A DNA stretch of 63,843 nucleotides, the filler included, from Chiloscyllium plagiosum (taxonomy: Eukaryota), in the NCBI RefSeq assembly GCF_004010195.1. It is 6 parts of one record of this genome, joined end to end, with 100 filler letters (N's around TTAATTAATTAA, not from the genome) between each part and the next. Parts side by side here need not be neighbours in the genome. Positions count along the whole stretch, not along the records: positions 33,774 to 57,101 come from NC_057717.1; positions 57,202 to 63,843 come from NC_057717.1; 4 more parts are not named here. One strand, written 5' to 3'. Both the position numbers and the translations under genes were made by a program. Every line of letters starts with the position of its first letter. The stretch's first letter is position 1. Positions 52,961 through 63,843 of this stretch are shown here, piece after piece. The notes beneath the pieces were generated by a model. That model worked only from the letters and a program-made list of their open reading frames with translations, was not told the DNA's origin and did not search any database.

Positions 52961-53289
52961 TTAGAGATACCAGAGTGCAAGATCAAACAATTGTGCAGGA
53001 AGAAAGGGTTTTGATTCATGTTGCACAGGGATGCGCAACCTGTGAGCAGGCGAAGTGATAGCCTAGGGGCATTATTGTGAGACAATTTATCTAGAAACTC
53101 AGCAAATGTGCTCTGGACACAGGTTCAAATCCCAATATTGCAAATGATTGAATGTGAATTAAATGTTTCAAAAAAGATGTAATTAAAAATCTGTAAGTGA
53201 GTATTAAATAATTGCTGATGTTAAGAAAAATCCATTGGGTGCATTCATGTCTTTAGTGAAGTAATCTCAGGTGGGAGTTTCCTCCGATT

Positions 53290-53650
53290 GTCCTAGACCT
53301 CGGTAGCGCCGCCCTCATGCTCATTGACCTTCTCAAAATGCGGCCCTGAGGCCTGCTCTCCCTCTTTCCTCAAACAAATGGCGGCCGTGACGCTGGGCCG
53401 CTTTCCCGACAGAGACCATCATCTCCTTATCCAGGCCTGGAGGGTCTTTTTCGGGTTTTTTCACCTTTCCGCGTCTTGTGAATTCTCTCCGCTCCTTTCT
53501 TCCAGTGACTATCCCACACGCCGCTCTCTGAAGCCGATCGTAGCCGCACCCGGAGAAAGCTGCTCCATGTGTCGCCGTGGCCTGGTTAATGTGACACTGC
53601 GCATGCCCTTCATAGAAACCAAACTGCGCGTGCGTCGGAGTTTATCAGTG
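53290..53650 (-). promoter_or_regulatory. CpG-rich promoter/first-exon-like segment
   Basis: Local CpG enrichment; NRF1-like TGCGCATGC (53598-53606) and TGCGCGTGCG (53625-53634); YY1-like CAAATGGCGGC (53375-53385); minus-strand donor AAG|GTGA at 53465/53464. Confidence 0.55.
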
Positions 53651-55079
53651 AGTTTATAGAGAATATTCATACCTGCACAGAATAACGGGAGTAATATTAG
53701 ACCTTAACAATTGCTCTGTAGAGTTACAGTCATTGAGATAGTTAATATGCAAATAGAGTTTTCGGTCCAACTTAACCATAGCTGCCAGGTATGTAAATTA
53801 CCAATCATTCTGAGAGTTTGAAAATAAGTTGTGTAAATCGAGTTGTTTAAATCGATTGGAAATATGTACATTGTCAGATTTACATCTTAACGATTTCTTT
53901 AAAACCTCACATTGTTTTATGAGAGGGGTTTGATGCTCCTCTATGTCGTGAAAATGATCAATCATGCAAAACAGTTTACTTTCTGACCAATCCTGAAGCG
54001 TTCACTCCCGAGAATGCATTGGCCTCGTTCCTCACTCACTCTGGTTGGAGGACCGGACGCTGCTCTGTCCTCCGGTTCCGCCCCTTCCTCCCAACTGCAG
54101 TGTTGATTGAGGCGTGACTTAGCAGCGAAGCAACAGAAACATTAAGGGAGAAGGGAAGTTGGAGTCGATGCCATGTGATGCAGTGAAAATATCCCGAATC
54201 TTGGACCGAGAGGCCGGCGTTCAATTCACAGATGGTGCAGGTGTGTGTAAAAACAACTTTGAACAGTTTCATGAGGGAAAACAAGGGAAGTCAGTAACCG
54301 AGTAAAAACAATATAAAACGCATACAATGTGGTGGGGCTCTGAAGACTCAGATGATTGTAGTCTTTACCAAGTATTTCAGGGTCCCAATACAGTCTGTTC
54401 CACTCCTCTTTGTGCACATATAACACGATGGTTGGATAAAGTGTTGTGGTGGGATATAAAGGTGCTTTTCTGGAACTCCCTCGGTTTTGGAGTTGAAAAT
54501 AGATGAGAAGGAGTAGGGTTTTGTATGGAGTTACCCGTCCTCCTCCTGTTGCAGCATCTCATTATTGCCCTGACTCTACCTCGTACATGTTTGTTAGAGA
54601 TCACTGTCATTTCGTAAGCCCACAGTACAAGATCAGTCACTCTGTTTAAGACAGCAAAAATCTCTTTTCGCGCTATAGTCATGATATGCATGAACCTGTT
54701 GCAGAGCTTCAAACTCCATGAGGCAGCCATACTCTCGATGACAGACAGACTCAGTCTTGAACCTCCTCTCTTGTTAAGACTTTATGTACTGCTTGCTGTC
54801 TTCCATTTCCCCTTTGCACGTTCCCTTTTCAACCCACCCCACCTGCATCTGTGCACAGTTGGAGCTGTCAAGGGCAGAAGTCTGTGGAATAGCCTCCCTA
54901 ACCTTCTCTATCCTCCTTTGAAGATGTATTTTAAAATCATTCTCCTTAATCAATGTTTTGATCATCCATGAAGCACCTTAGGAGATTTGCCATTGTGAAA
55001 GTTTCCATACAATGCAAGTAGTTGTTGTTTTTGCTGTACATTAGGAGAAACAGGAATGATGCAGCCAAATTCTAACAAG

Positions 55080-55670
55080 AAAGTCACTGATAGGTGTAGT
55101 GTATAGGCCACCAAATAATTACATCACATTGGCATGGATAATAAACAAATAAATAACTAATGCCTGTAAAAATGGTACAGCTATTATCCTGGGTGATTTT
55201 AATCTACATGTAGATTGGTCAAACCAGCTCAGTCAAGGTAGCTTTGAGGAGTTCATTAAGTGTATCCATGATAGTTTTCTTGAACAGTATGAAAAGGAAC
55301 TGACAAGGGAGTAAGCTATCCAAGATCTGGCCCTGTGCAATGAGGCAGGGAATAATTAATGACTTCAGAGTTAGGGATCCCCTGGGAAGAAGCGATCACT
55401 GTATGGTTGAATTAGAATACATATGGACAGTGTGCAGATAAAATCTAATAGCTGGGTCCTGTGCTTGAACACTGGGAACTACAATAGAATGAGAGAGAAT
55501 CTGGATAAAGTAGACTGTAAACAAAAATTTTATGGTGGGAAGTTGATGAGCAGTGGAAGATTTTCAAACACATTTTACAAAGTGCTCAGCAAAGGTATAT
55601 TCCAGTGAAAAGGAAGGACTGTATGAAAAGGCATATTTGGCAATGGGTATCTGAGGAAAGTGATCAAATT
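55080..55670 (+). mobile_element. CR1 endonuclease-region fragment
   Basis: IGVVYRPPN, IILGDFNLHVDW, DPLGRSDHCMV. Confidence 0.85.
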
Positions 55671-55673
55671 AGT

Positions 55674-56657
55674 CCATAAGACCATAAGACATAGGAGTGG
55701 AAGTAAGGCCATTTGGCCCATCGAGTCCACTCCGCCATTTAATCATGGCTGATGGGCATTTCAACTTCACTTACCCGCATTCTCCCTGTAGCCCTTAATT
55801 CCTTGTGATATCAAGAATTTATCAATCTATGCCTTGAAGACATTTAGTGTCCCAGCCTCCACTGCACTCCGTGGTAATGAATTCCACGGGCCCACCACTC
55901 TCTGGCTGAAAACATATCTCCGCATTTCTGTTCTGAATTTACCCCCTCTAATTCTAAGGCTGTGCCCAGTGGTCCTAGTCTCCTCGCCTAACGGAAACAA
56001 TTTCCTAGCATCCACCCTTTCCAAGCCATGTATTATCTTGTAAGTTTCTATTAGATCTCCCTTTAACCTTCTAAACTCCAATGAATACAATCCCAGGATC
56101 CTCAGCCGTTCCTCGTATGTTAGACTTACCATTCCAAGGCTCATCCGTGTGAATCTCTGCTGGACACGCTGCAGTGCCAGTATGTCCTTCTTGAGGTGTG
56201 GGGACCGAAACTGGACACAGTACTACAAATGGGGCCTAACCCGAGCTTTTTAAAGTCTCAGTAGCAAATCACTGCTTTTATATTCTAACCCTCTTGACAC
56301 AAATGACAACATCGCATTCGCTTTCTTAATCACGGATTCAACCTGCATGTTTACCTTTATAGAATCCTCGACTAGCACTCCCGGACCCCTTTGTACTTTG
56401 GCTTTATGTATTTTCTCATCTTTTAGAAAGTAGCCCATGCTTGTATTCTTTTTTCCAAAGTGCAAGACCTCGCATTTGCTCATTGATGATTGATAATCAT
56501 CAGCTATTTCCTGGACCACTCTCCCAAACTGTCTAGATCCTTCTGCAGCCTTCCCACTTCCTCAGTACTACCTGCCTGTCCACCTAACTTCGTATCATTA
56601 GCAATCTTCGTTAGAATGCCCCCAGTCCCTTCATCCAGATCATTAATATATAATGTG
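55674..56657 (-). mobile_element. 5'-truncated CR1 with (TCTTATGG)n tail; closely related copy at 57535-58620 (-)
   Basis: LTYEERLRILGLYSLEFRRLKGDLIETYKI...FSQRVVGPWNSLP; CCATAAGACCATAAGA tail at 55674. Confidence 0.9.
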
Positions 56658-56663
56658 ACCATG

Positions 56664-57101
56664 CAGGTAACCATGCCTGGGATCCAATCAACAACAAGCC
56701 CAGCAGTAACTTTAGTGCAATTGCCGAATGGGCAGACTATTCAAGTCCAAGGAGTTATCCAAGCAGCTCGGTCCTCAGTCAGGTAGTCCCCTCAAGTTCA
56801 GACTGTTCAGCTCTCTACTATACCTGAAAGTGAGGACTCCCAGGAATCTGTGAATAGCATGACTGACTCTCAAAAGTAGAGAAATTCTATCGAGACGGCC
56901 TTCATACAGGAAAATCCTGATTGAACTTTCTTCTAATCCCCCCGGCGTGCCAAGAAATCAATGAGGAGAAATCAGAAGAAGAGTCTGTCTCAACCGTTAC
57001 TACAATGACGATGCAGACACCCATCTATCAGACTAGCAGCGGACAATACATTGCTGTCACACAGCGGGGACCAATTCAGCTGGCCAACAATGGTACAGAT
57101 G
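56664..57101 (+). pseudogene. CREB1: Processed (intronless) CREB1 pseudogene fragment covering Q1, KID and the start of Q2; truncated by a gap
   Basis: QVTMPG...VTLVQLPNGQTIQVQGVIQAA...*SPQVQTVQLSTIPESEDSQESV...REILSRRPSYRKIL...PGVPR...EEKSEEE...TPIYQTSSGQYIAVTQRGPIQLANNGTD. Stop at 56784-56786, frameshifts near 56877 and 56956. Confidence 0.93.
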
Positions 57102-57201
57102 NNNNNNNNNNNNNNNNNNNNNNNNNNNNNNNNNNNNNNNNNNNNTTAATTAATTAANNNNNNNNNNNNNNNNNNNNNNNNNNNNNNNNNNNNNNNNNNN
57201 N

Positions 57202-57412
57202 GGGAGCACGTGGTGGCGCCAATGCAGTCATCAATGTAGCGGAGGAAGAGGTGGGGAGTGGTGCCGGTGTAATTACGGAAGATCAACTGCTCTACGTAGC
57301 CAACAAAGAGACAGGCATAGCTGGGGTCCATACGTGTGCCCATGGCTACCCCTTTGGTCTGGAGGAAGTGGGAGGATTCAAAGGAGAAATTGTTAAGGGT
57401 GAGGACCAGTTC
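57202..57412 (-). mobile_element. Well-preserved Penelope-like RT core fragment
   Basis: QTKGVAMGTRMDPSYACLFVGYVEQ...FLRYIDDCIG. Confidence 0.9.
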
Positions 57413-59385
57413 AGAGTAAAGCTTCCACTACACTGTCCCCATCAACCAATCCCAGGACAGATACAATATGGAGTATGATGAAGAGCAAAACTCTCTTTAC
57501 ATGGCCCCCATGAAACCCTTCCAGGATAGGGACCACAAGACCATAAGATAATAGGGCATCTGAGCGGAAGAAAGGCCATTCAGTTCATTGAGTCCATTCC
57601 GCCATTTAATCATGGCTGCTGGGCGTTTCAATTCCACTTACTCACACGCTCCCTGTGGCCCTTATTTCCTTGCGAGATAATTTCCATGTCTTCTTATTTT
57701 CATTCCAAATTGACTCTAATTTTAAAGCTGTCCCCATGGGTCCTAATCTCCCCGTCTAACTGAAACAACTTCCCAGCATCCACCCTTTCTTCGCCATGCA
57801 TTATCTTGTAAGTTTATATTCGCTCTCCCCTCAACCTTCTAAACTCAAATGAATACAATCCCAGGATCCTCAGCCATTCGTATGTTAGGCCTACCATTCC
57901 AGGGATCATCCGTGTGAATCTCTGCTGGACATGCTCCAGTGCCAGTATGTCCTTCCCGAGATATGGGGCGCAAGATTGGACACAGTATTGTAAATGGGGC
58001 CTAACCAGAGCTTTATAAAGTCTCAGAAACATATTGCTGCTTTTACATTCCAACCCTCTTGAGATAAATGACATTATATTTGCTTTCTTAACCACAGACT
58101 CAACCTAGAAGTCAACCTTTACAGAATCCTGGACTAGCACTCCCAGATCCCTTTGTAGTTTGGCTTTACGACTTTTCTCACCGTTTCAAAAATAGTCCAT
58201 GCCTGTATTCTGTTTTCCAAAGTGCAACACCTTACATTTGTTCACATTGAATTTAATTAGCCATTTCCTGGGCTACTCTCCTAAACTGCCTTATTCTTTC
58301 TGCAGCCTCCCCACCTCCTCAGTACTGTCTGTCCACCTAACTTCGTATCATCGGCGATCTTTTCCAGAATACCCCCAGTCCCTTCATCCAGATAATTAAT
58401 ATAAAAAGCGAACAGCTGCAGTCCCAACACTGAACCCTGTTGGACACCACTTGTCACTAACTGTCATTCTGAAGAAGAACCTTTTATCCCACCTCTCTGC
58501 CTTCAACCAAACCTGAATCCATGCCAGTAACTCACCTCGAACACTATAGGCCTTTACCTTACTCAGCAGCCTCCCATGAGGCACCTTATCAATGACCTTT
58601 TGGTAGTCTAGATCGATAACAATCACAGAGACTACAAAACATTTTCTCCATATCACCAAAGACTGATTGTCTTCCATCCACTGGTGTCCCGGTCTTGTGT
58701 GGGTCACAGATTGAGCTCTGAAACATCTCCAGGACGATCCCATCCTGTACCTGTGGCCGTGGCTCTGTATCAGTGTCTGTAAGTCTCCCTGTTTCTAAAA
58801 GTACCTCCATTCCCTACAAAGCCGGATAAATTCCAAAATAGTTCGATTCCCTGTAAAACATTTTGGGATACCCTTAAGATATAAAACAGAAAGTGCTTTT
58901 TACTGCCCACTCCTCCGTTTAAATGAGGATATTCAGTGTATTTCTGCTACATTTATATTGACTGTAAATCAGACAGAACTTAGAAGGGCTCATGACTGAA
59001 ACGTCAATTCTCCTGTTCCTTGGATGCTGCCTGACCTGCTGCGCTTTTCCAGCAACACATTTTCAGCTCATTTACGCTGGGCCCCAATATTTTAAACCTA
59101 AACAAAACAGGAATTGCTGCAAATACTCCACGGGTTTGGCAGAGTCTGTGGGTGAGAAATCAGAGTTCATGTTTCAGCTCCAGTGCCCCTCTTCCAGGAC
59201 AGAAATGTTACCTCTACTCCCTAAACTGGGAAACTTTATCTTTTTCTTTTGGTCCTCTTGACGTCTGCGAAATATTCTATCTTATCTGATCTCTCTGACC
59301 GATTTACATCTCTAGAACGGTTGCCTTTGGTCCTCCATGGTCATTTCTTTCCCATCACCCACGGGATTTTGAGCTTTTGTCGGAT

Positions 59386-60269
59386 TTATGCAGTGATCAG
59401 TTCAATAATTCTGGAAACTGGATATTTCACCGCTCTTTTGAACTGAGCTCTGAACTTGGACAGAGTTGCCATATAAATAAGGGTGTTTGTACAGCAACTT
59501 ACATTACGCAGCATGTATCCAATTTGTTCAAAGGTATCATAGTCATTACCGTTTAAGTACCGATCTGGGACATCAAGGATATATAAAACATATACCAGCC
59601 AGAGAAATATGAAATTTCCAGATATCGTGAAGAGTAAAATCACTGCCTTAATTCTACTCTTCATCTCGGGGTCAACCTGCTTCCCTTCCTTACTCTGACC
59701 CCGCAGTCCCTTACGGACTTGACTTGACTTAAATAAAATGCCTGCGATTGTCAGAACATTGAGGAACACAATGAAAAGGAATGGCCCCAATGGGGTTAGA
59801 GCCACAGCGGAATCCAATCCAGCGAGAGTCAGTGAAGTAGCTTCGCTTATTCCTGCAGTAAAATGGTATCTTCCTGATTTTCTTTTGGGCTCAAATCTAA
59901 AATACCAAGGAACATTTTTTAAACAAAGCAAAATACCGGTTATTGAGAGAATTGCAGAGGTGTTTTTCCCAGTGCAATATTTAGTTTTCAGTTTGTTGCA
60001 ATAAAAGATGACAAACCGATCGAAGGTAAATGCGACGGTGAACCAGACAGAACAGTCTTTGGACGCACGGATCAGGACATTGGTGATACTGCACACAGGA
60101 GTGATGTCGAGGAAACAAAATGGGTAATAATAAAAGCGAAGTTGCCTGAGTATGACCTCACTGATAATGACCAATAGGTCTGCTGCTGCCATGGCCACCA
60201 GATAGCGTGTTGTGCAGGTAGCAAGGCCACACTTTCCCTGGGATAGAATCATGATAGCCACGAAATTCA
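59386..60269 (-). CDS. GPR139-like: Second GPR139/GPR142-like GPCR main coding exon; open frame with internally frameshifted ECL2 (aberrant gene or incipient pseudogene)
   Basis: Acceptor tttttcctttatccttctgacAG (60271-60270), (V)NFVAIMILSQGKCGL, YLVAMAAADLLV, SVWFTVAFTFDRF, KNVPWYF, LTP, NFIFLW, SCCTNTLIY, KFR; TAA at 59388-59386. Exon 1 not identified. Confidence 0.85.
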
Positions 60270-62058
60270 CTGTCAGAAGGATAAAGGAAAAACGACTTAA
60301 TATTAATGAGCACCCTTTTCTGTATAAGTTTACAAGCAATCTGCATTGTTGCTACAACAGAATAAAGATCAACCAGTCGTCACAAAAAATTGTGATGTAA
60401 ATTGTCAAACTGTAACTTGCCAGTTTGTAGGTTAAATACAAACAGTCAAATGGCGCACAGCAGACGGAATCCAGGATACCAGTCATGAAAGTTGCCACCA
60501 AAACATGTAACATTCAGCAGGGAGAATTTACACCACATGCAGCAATGATTCCCTGAAGAACAGTCCACACAGCTGGAGAATATGAATTGGATGACTCCAC
60601 ATGATAGGAATGTACTAAAATTTAGTACAGTCTTTTCTTTTCATTCATGGGATGTGGGCATTTCTGGTGAGGTCAGCATCTATTACCCCTTGCTAAATGC
60701 GAAGGGACAATTCAGATTCAATTACTTTTCGGTGGAGTCAATTGTAGGCCATACCCTACCTTCTGAAAAGGGAAGTAACTCTCTTCAGTGAGTCCTTGGA
60801 TTAATTTATGAGGAGGAAAAAAATCAACAGAGTGCTGAAATATCAAAACAGGGCAGATTTAAATCAATTGTCATGAAAGTGAAAAGCTGTATTGGGGAAG
60901 GGGGAGAAAGCTTTTTTTATGATCGGTTTGAGGGTAGATGCGGTTCAACAATAAAGGGATGATGATCCTAGGCAGTGATAATGCATGCTGTTAAAATGTG
61001 ATTTCCAGGTGGAGGTAAATGCTTCATGTGCAAGCACAATGAAAGATGAGGGATTTGGGATTGTTGTAAATCTGGTCAAGTGCAAACCCCAATCACCTGA
61101 AAATATGATGAAAAATGACAGGATGATCCTGTTGGTTGAACCAGCATTGTGGTTGCATGGAAATAGAGGTAACAGTAACAAGATACCATTACAAACCCCG
61201 GCAAAACTGCACTAATTCAACACATACCATCCAGAAGATAACTGTAGTAAATTGACACTGGATTGTTTACTTTCAATATGGATTCCTGCAAGCTTTTGAA
61301 AATTAATAACATGCTGTTCATTATTCAGTTCAAAATGTACAGGAAGTATACAAAGGCAAAATGTCGAGTTAAACTGGGTGTTGTTCAGAAGCTCGGCGGA
61401 TTCCACAGAGCACCTTTAGTAAAATAAACTGTCCAGGCATACACTGTAAATTCAGTGTTCCAGAAGATTTCTTGTGGACAGGTATCTAAATTGAAAGAAA
61501 CTACTACAGAGAGTTGTGAACACAGGCCAGATCATACACAAGCCAACCTTCCATCCATTGACTGAATGTACATTTCTTGTTGCCGGAGAAAGCCAGCCAA
61601 CACAATTAAAGACCCTCCCACCCCGGTTAAACTCTCCTCCAACCTCTTCCGTCAGCCAGGAGATACAAAACCATAAACACACAGAACAATATATTCAAGA
61701 CTTGCTTCGTCCCCATAGTTATTTGAATTCTGAATGGACCTCTCAAATTTTCAACCTAATGTTGATCTTGCTTCTTGTGTACCTTCCTTGCAGCTGTACC
61801 TCTGTATTCCTCACTCTGTTCAATCACCCGTTGGCCTTTGCGTCTTTCTATGAAACATTCGCTGGACTGCAAGCAAAACACGTTTTTCCCCCGCAATACA
61901 GAGGTAAATGTGACAATCTAATAGTAAATTATATCAAATCAACTCAGGGTTGAGAAAAAAGGTAAACGGCAGAGTTGGTGTAAGAGTAACCCCGTCTATC
62001 AGCAGAGCCAGTGGAATACCTTGTGAGGCAAGACACATTGCATGGTGTCTATAGCTGA

Positions 62059-62602
62059 CCTGAAAGGGTAGGAGAAGCAGATCCCCGATAGCATAGAACT
62101 CTCTAAATGTACACTTGGAATTGTTGTGGTTCTGTTCGCCGAGCTGGGAATTTGTCTTGCAAACGTTTCGTCCCCTGTCTAGGTGACATCCTCAGTGCTT
62201 GGGAGCCCCTCCTGTGAAGCGCTTCAGTGCTGTTTCCTCCGGCATTTATAGTGGCCTGTCTCTGCCGCTTCCGGTTGTCAGTTCCAGCTATCCGCTGTAG
62301 TGGCTGCTAGTCTCATCCACAGACTCTATCAACAAACACCTGGACCCAATATACCGGCCACTACAGCGGACAGACGGAACTGACAACCGGAAGCGGCAGA
62401 GACAGGCCACTATAAATGCCGGAGGAAACAGCACTGAAGCGCTTCACAGGAGGGGCTCCCAAGCACTGAGGATGTCACCTAGACAGGGGACGAAACGTTT
62501 GCAAGACAAATTCCCAGCTCGGCGAACAGAACCACAACAATTCCAAGTGTACATTTAGAGAGTTCTATGCTATCGGGGATCTGCTTCTCCTACCCTTTCA
62601 GG
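62059..62602. mobile_element. Palindromic PLE 3'-end insertion: 246-bp inverted arms (62059-62304 / 62357-62602), 52-nt spacer
   Basis: Arms pair by eye except 3 mismatches at 62286-62290; spacer and right arm encode SSTDSINKHLDPIYRPL (PLE ORF C-terminus). Confidence 0.9.
62463..62502 (+). ncRNA. Minimal hammerhead ribozyme motif (mirror copy 62159-62198 on -)
   Basis: gca-CUGAGGA-u-gucaccu-agac-aggggac-GAAAC-GUU-ugc; palindromic AAACGUUU in place of stem III. Confidence 0.78.
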
Positions 62603-63843
62603 AAGTAAGTTCCACATTGTCACAACACTTCCGGTGGAAAACTCAAACCAGACCACAAAGGGGAAAACATATTTCCTTCTGTGCTGTCTATGTCTCTTAT
62701 AACAATATACTTTTAAATGATGCCCCCTACCAATCTCCCCTGCTCCAAGGAAAACAATCCCAGTCCATCCAGTCTTCCTTCATACCCAAAACATTACTAC
62801 CTTGGAGTCTTCCTGGAAAGTCTCCACCTTCTTTCAGGCAATCAAAGCACTCCAACATTCTCGCTGTAACCTAGACAATACTTTATACAGTGCCAACATA
62901 TTGTCCTGATCCTAAACTCTATATCTTGCATTTAAAACCAAAAAATCCCAATACCTTCTCAACCATTTCATCGACCTGTCCTATTACTTTAAGGTCTTCA
63001 TGTGCACCAAGATACCTCTGATTCAGTGTTTCCCACGTTTCTATATTCATAATGTACCCCTTGGGTTCTGTGTCCCGCCAAGTGCATCAGCTGACATTCA
63101 TGGATTGAATTCCATTTTCCAACATTTTTTTGCATTCCCAGTGAACTTATCCTGGAAATCCCGTGATATGCAGAGTTCACAGCATTTCCGAGTACCACCT
63201 TTTATCGTTCATTGAACATGGAACTCTGTAATTTCCTTGTTTCCATCTTCAATACATCCGAATGCTCTGACATGGATTTACTTAAACGTTTCTGCTCTCG
63301 GTCTAATCACACTCGATCCTATTCTCACAGTTTAGAACTTTGATTTTCCCCTCATTCTTGTCTTTTTCCTTGTTAATCTTGAGTTATGATTACTGCCTGC
63401 AAAATGCTTCCTCACTGAGAGGTCAGCCCAGCTTCATTACCGAAAAATAAATCCAGGATCACTGTCAAAGTGGGGGAAGGTAAAGGAACAGTCTGGGATT
63501 AGCCAGGTGAAGCTATGAACTGTGTTGTAGGAAAGAGAGATTTAAAAATCCTCCAGTTTATCCAGCAGGCAACAACAGAAGGATAAGTGATTACAACAGC
63601 TGCCAAATGTTCCAGACTCAGAGGATAAGCAGGAACACCCAGGATAAGAGACGGATTATGGGGTGGGGGAGATATACCAATCAGAATGGCAGAGAACTGG
63701 AATCTAATAAATAATATCCAACATGAACATTCGGGGGGAAGCTATGGGAAATCGTCGAGGGCCATTTGACAGAAAATGATATGCTCTCTCAGGGAGAATA
63801 GCTCGTGACCATTGTGGGTTTAAGGAATGCTCAGGTTTGCTGT

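Noticed and set aside
54585..54615. VRDHCH peptide recalling Polinton/adintovirus PolB
   Set aside because: Six-residue match only; flanking CxxC and RGAAH..CN motifs absent.
60270..60339. ORF-track N-terminus MLVNLYRKGCSLILSRFSFILLT of the second GPCR
   Set aside because: Read-through into intron; a strong acceptor sits at the family's conserved phase-1 position.
63625..63730. Minus-strand LILGVPA as exon 1 of the second GPCR
   Set aside because: No GT donor after the motif, no YY/hydrophobic run, and no convincing open frame upstream.

Overview
Repeat-rich, gapped vertebrate genomic DNA. The repeat complement (CR1 LINEs, HE1/V-SINE-type SINEs, Penelope-like elements) and the receptor family point to a cartilaginous fish (inference). 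Host genes: two tail-to-tail GPR139/GPR142-like class A GPCR main coding exons (2172-3079 +, apparently intact; 59386-60269 -, open but carrying compensating frameshifts that replace ECL2). There is also an orphan GPR139-like first exon with a dead splice donor (18250-18343) and a processed CREB1 pseudogene (56664-57101). The rest is mostly decayed, nested CR1/L2 fragments, SINEs and at least three Penelope-like (PLE) families with minimal hammerhead-ribozyme motifs, often in inverted-repeat layouts, including a 246-bp-arm palindrome at 62059-62602. Also present: a 26-bp satellite, a 55-bp G-rich minisatellite, several local duplications and a CpG-rich promoter-like segment near 53.3-53.65 kb. 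TTAATTAATTAA inside N-runs is an assembly linker. No prokaryotic-type system (CRISPR, operon, rRNA/tRNA gene) is supported. Family assignments come from recalled motifs, not database searches, and repeat boundaries are approximate.
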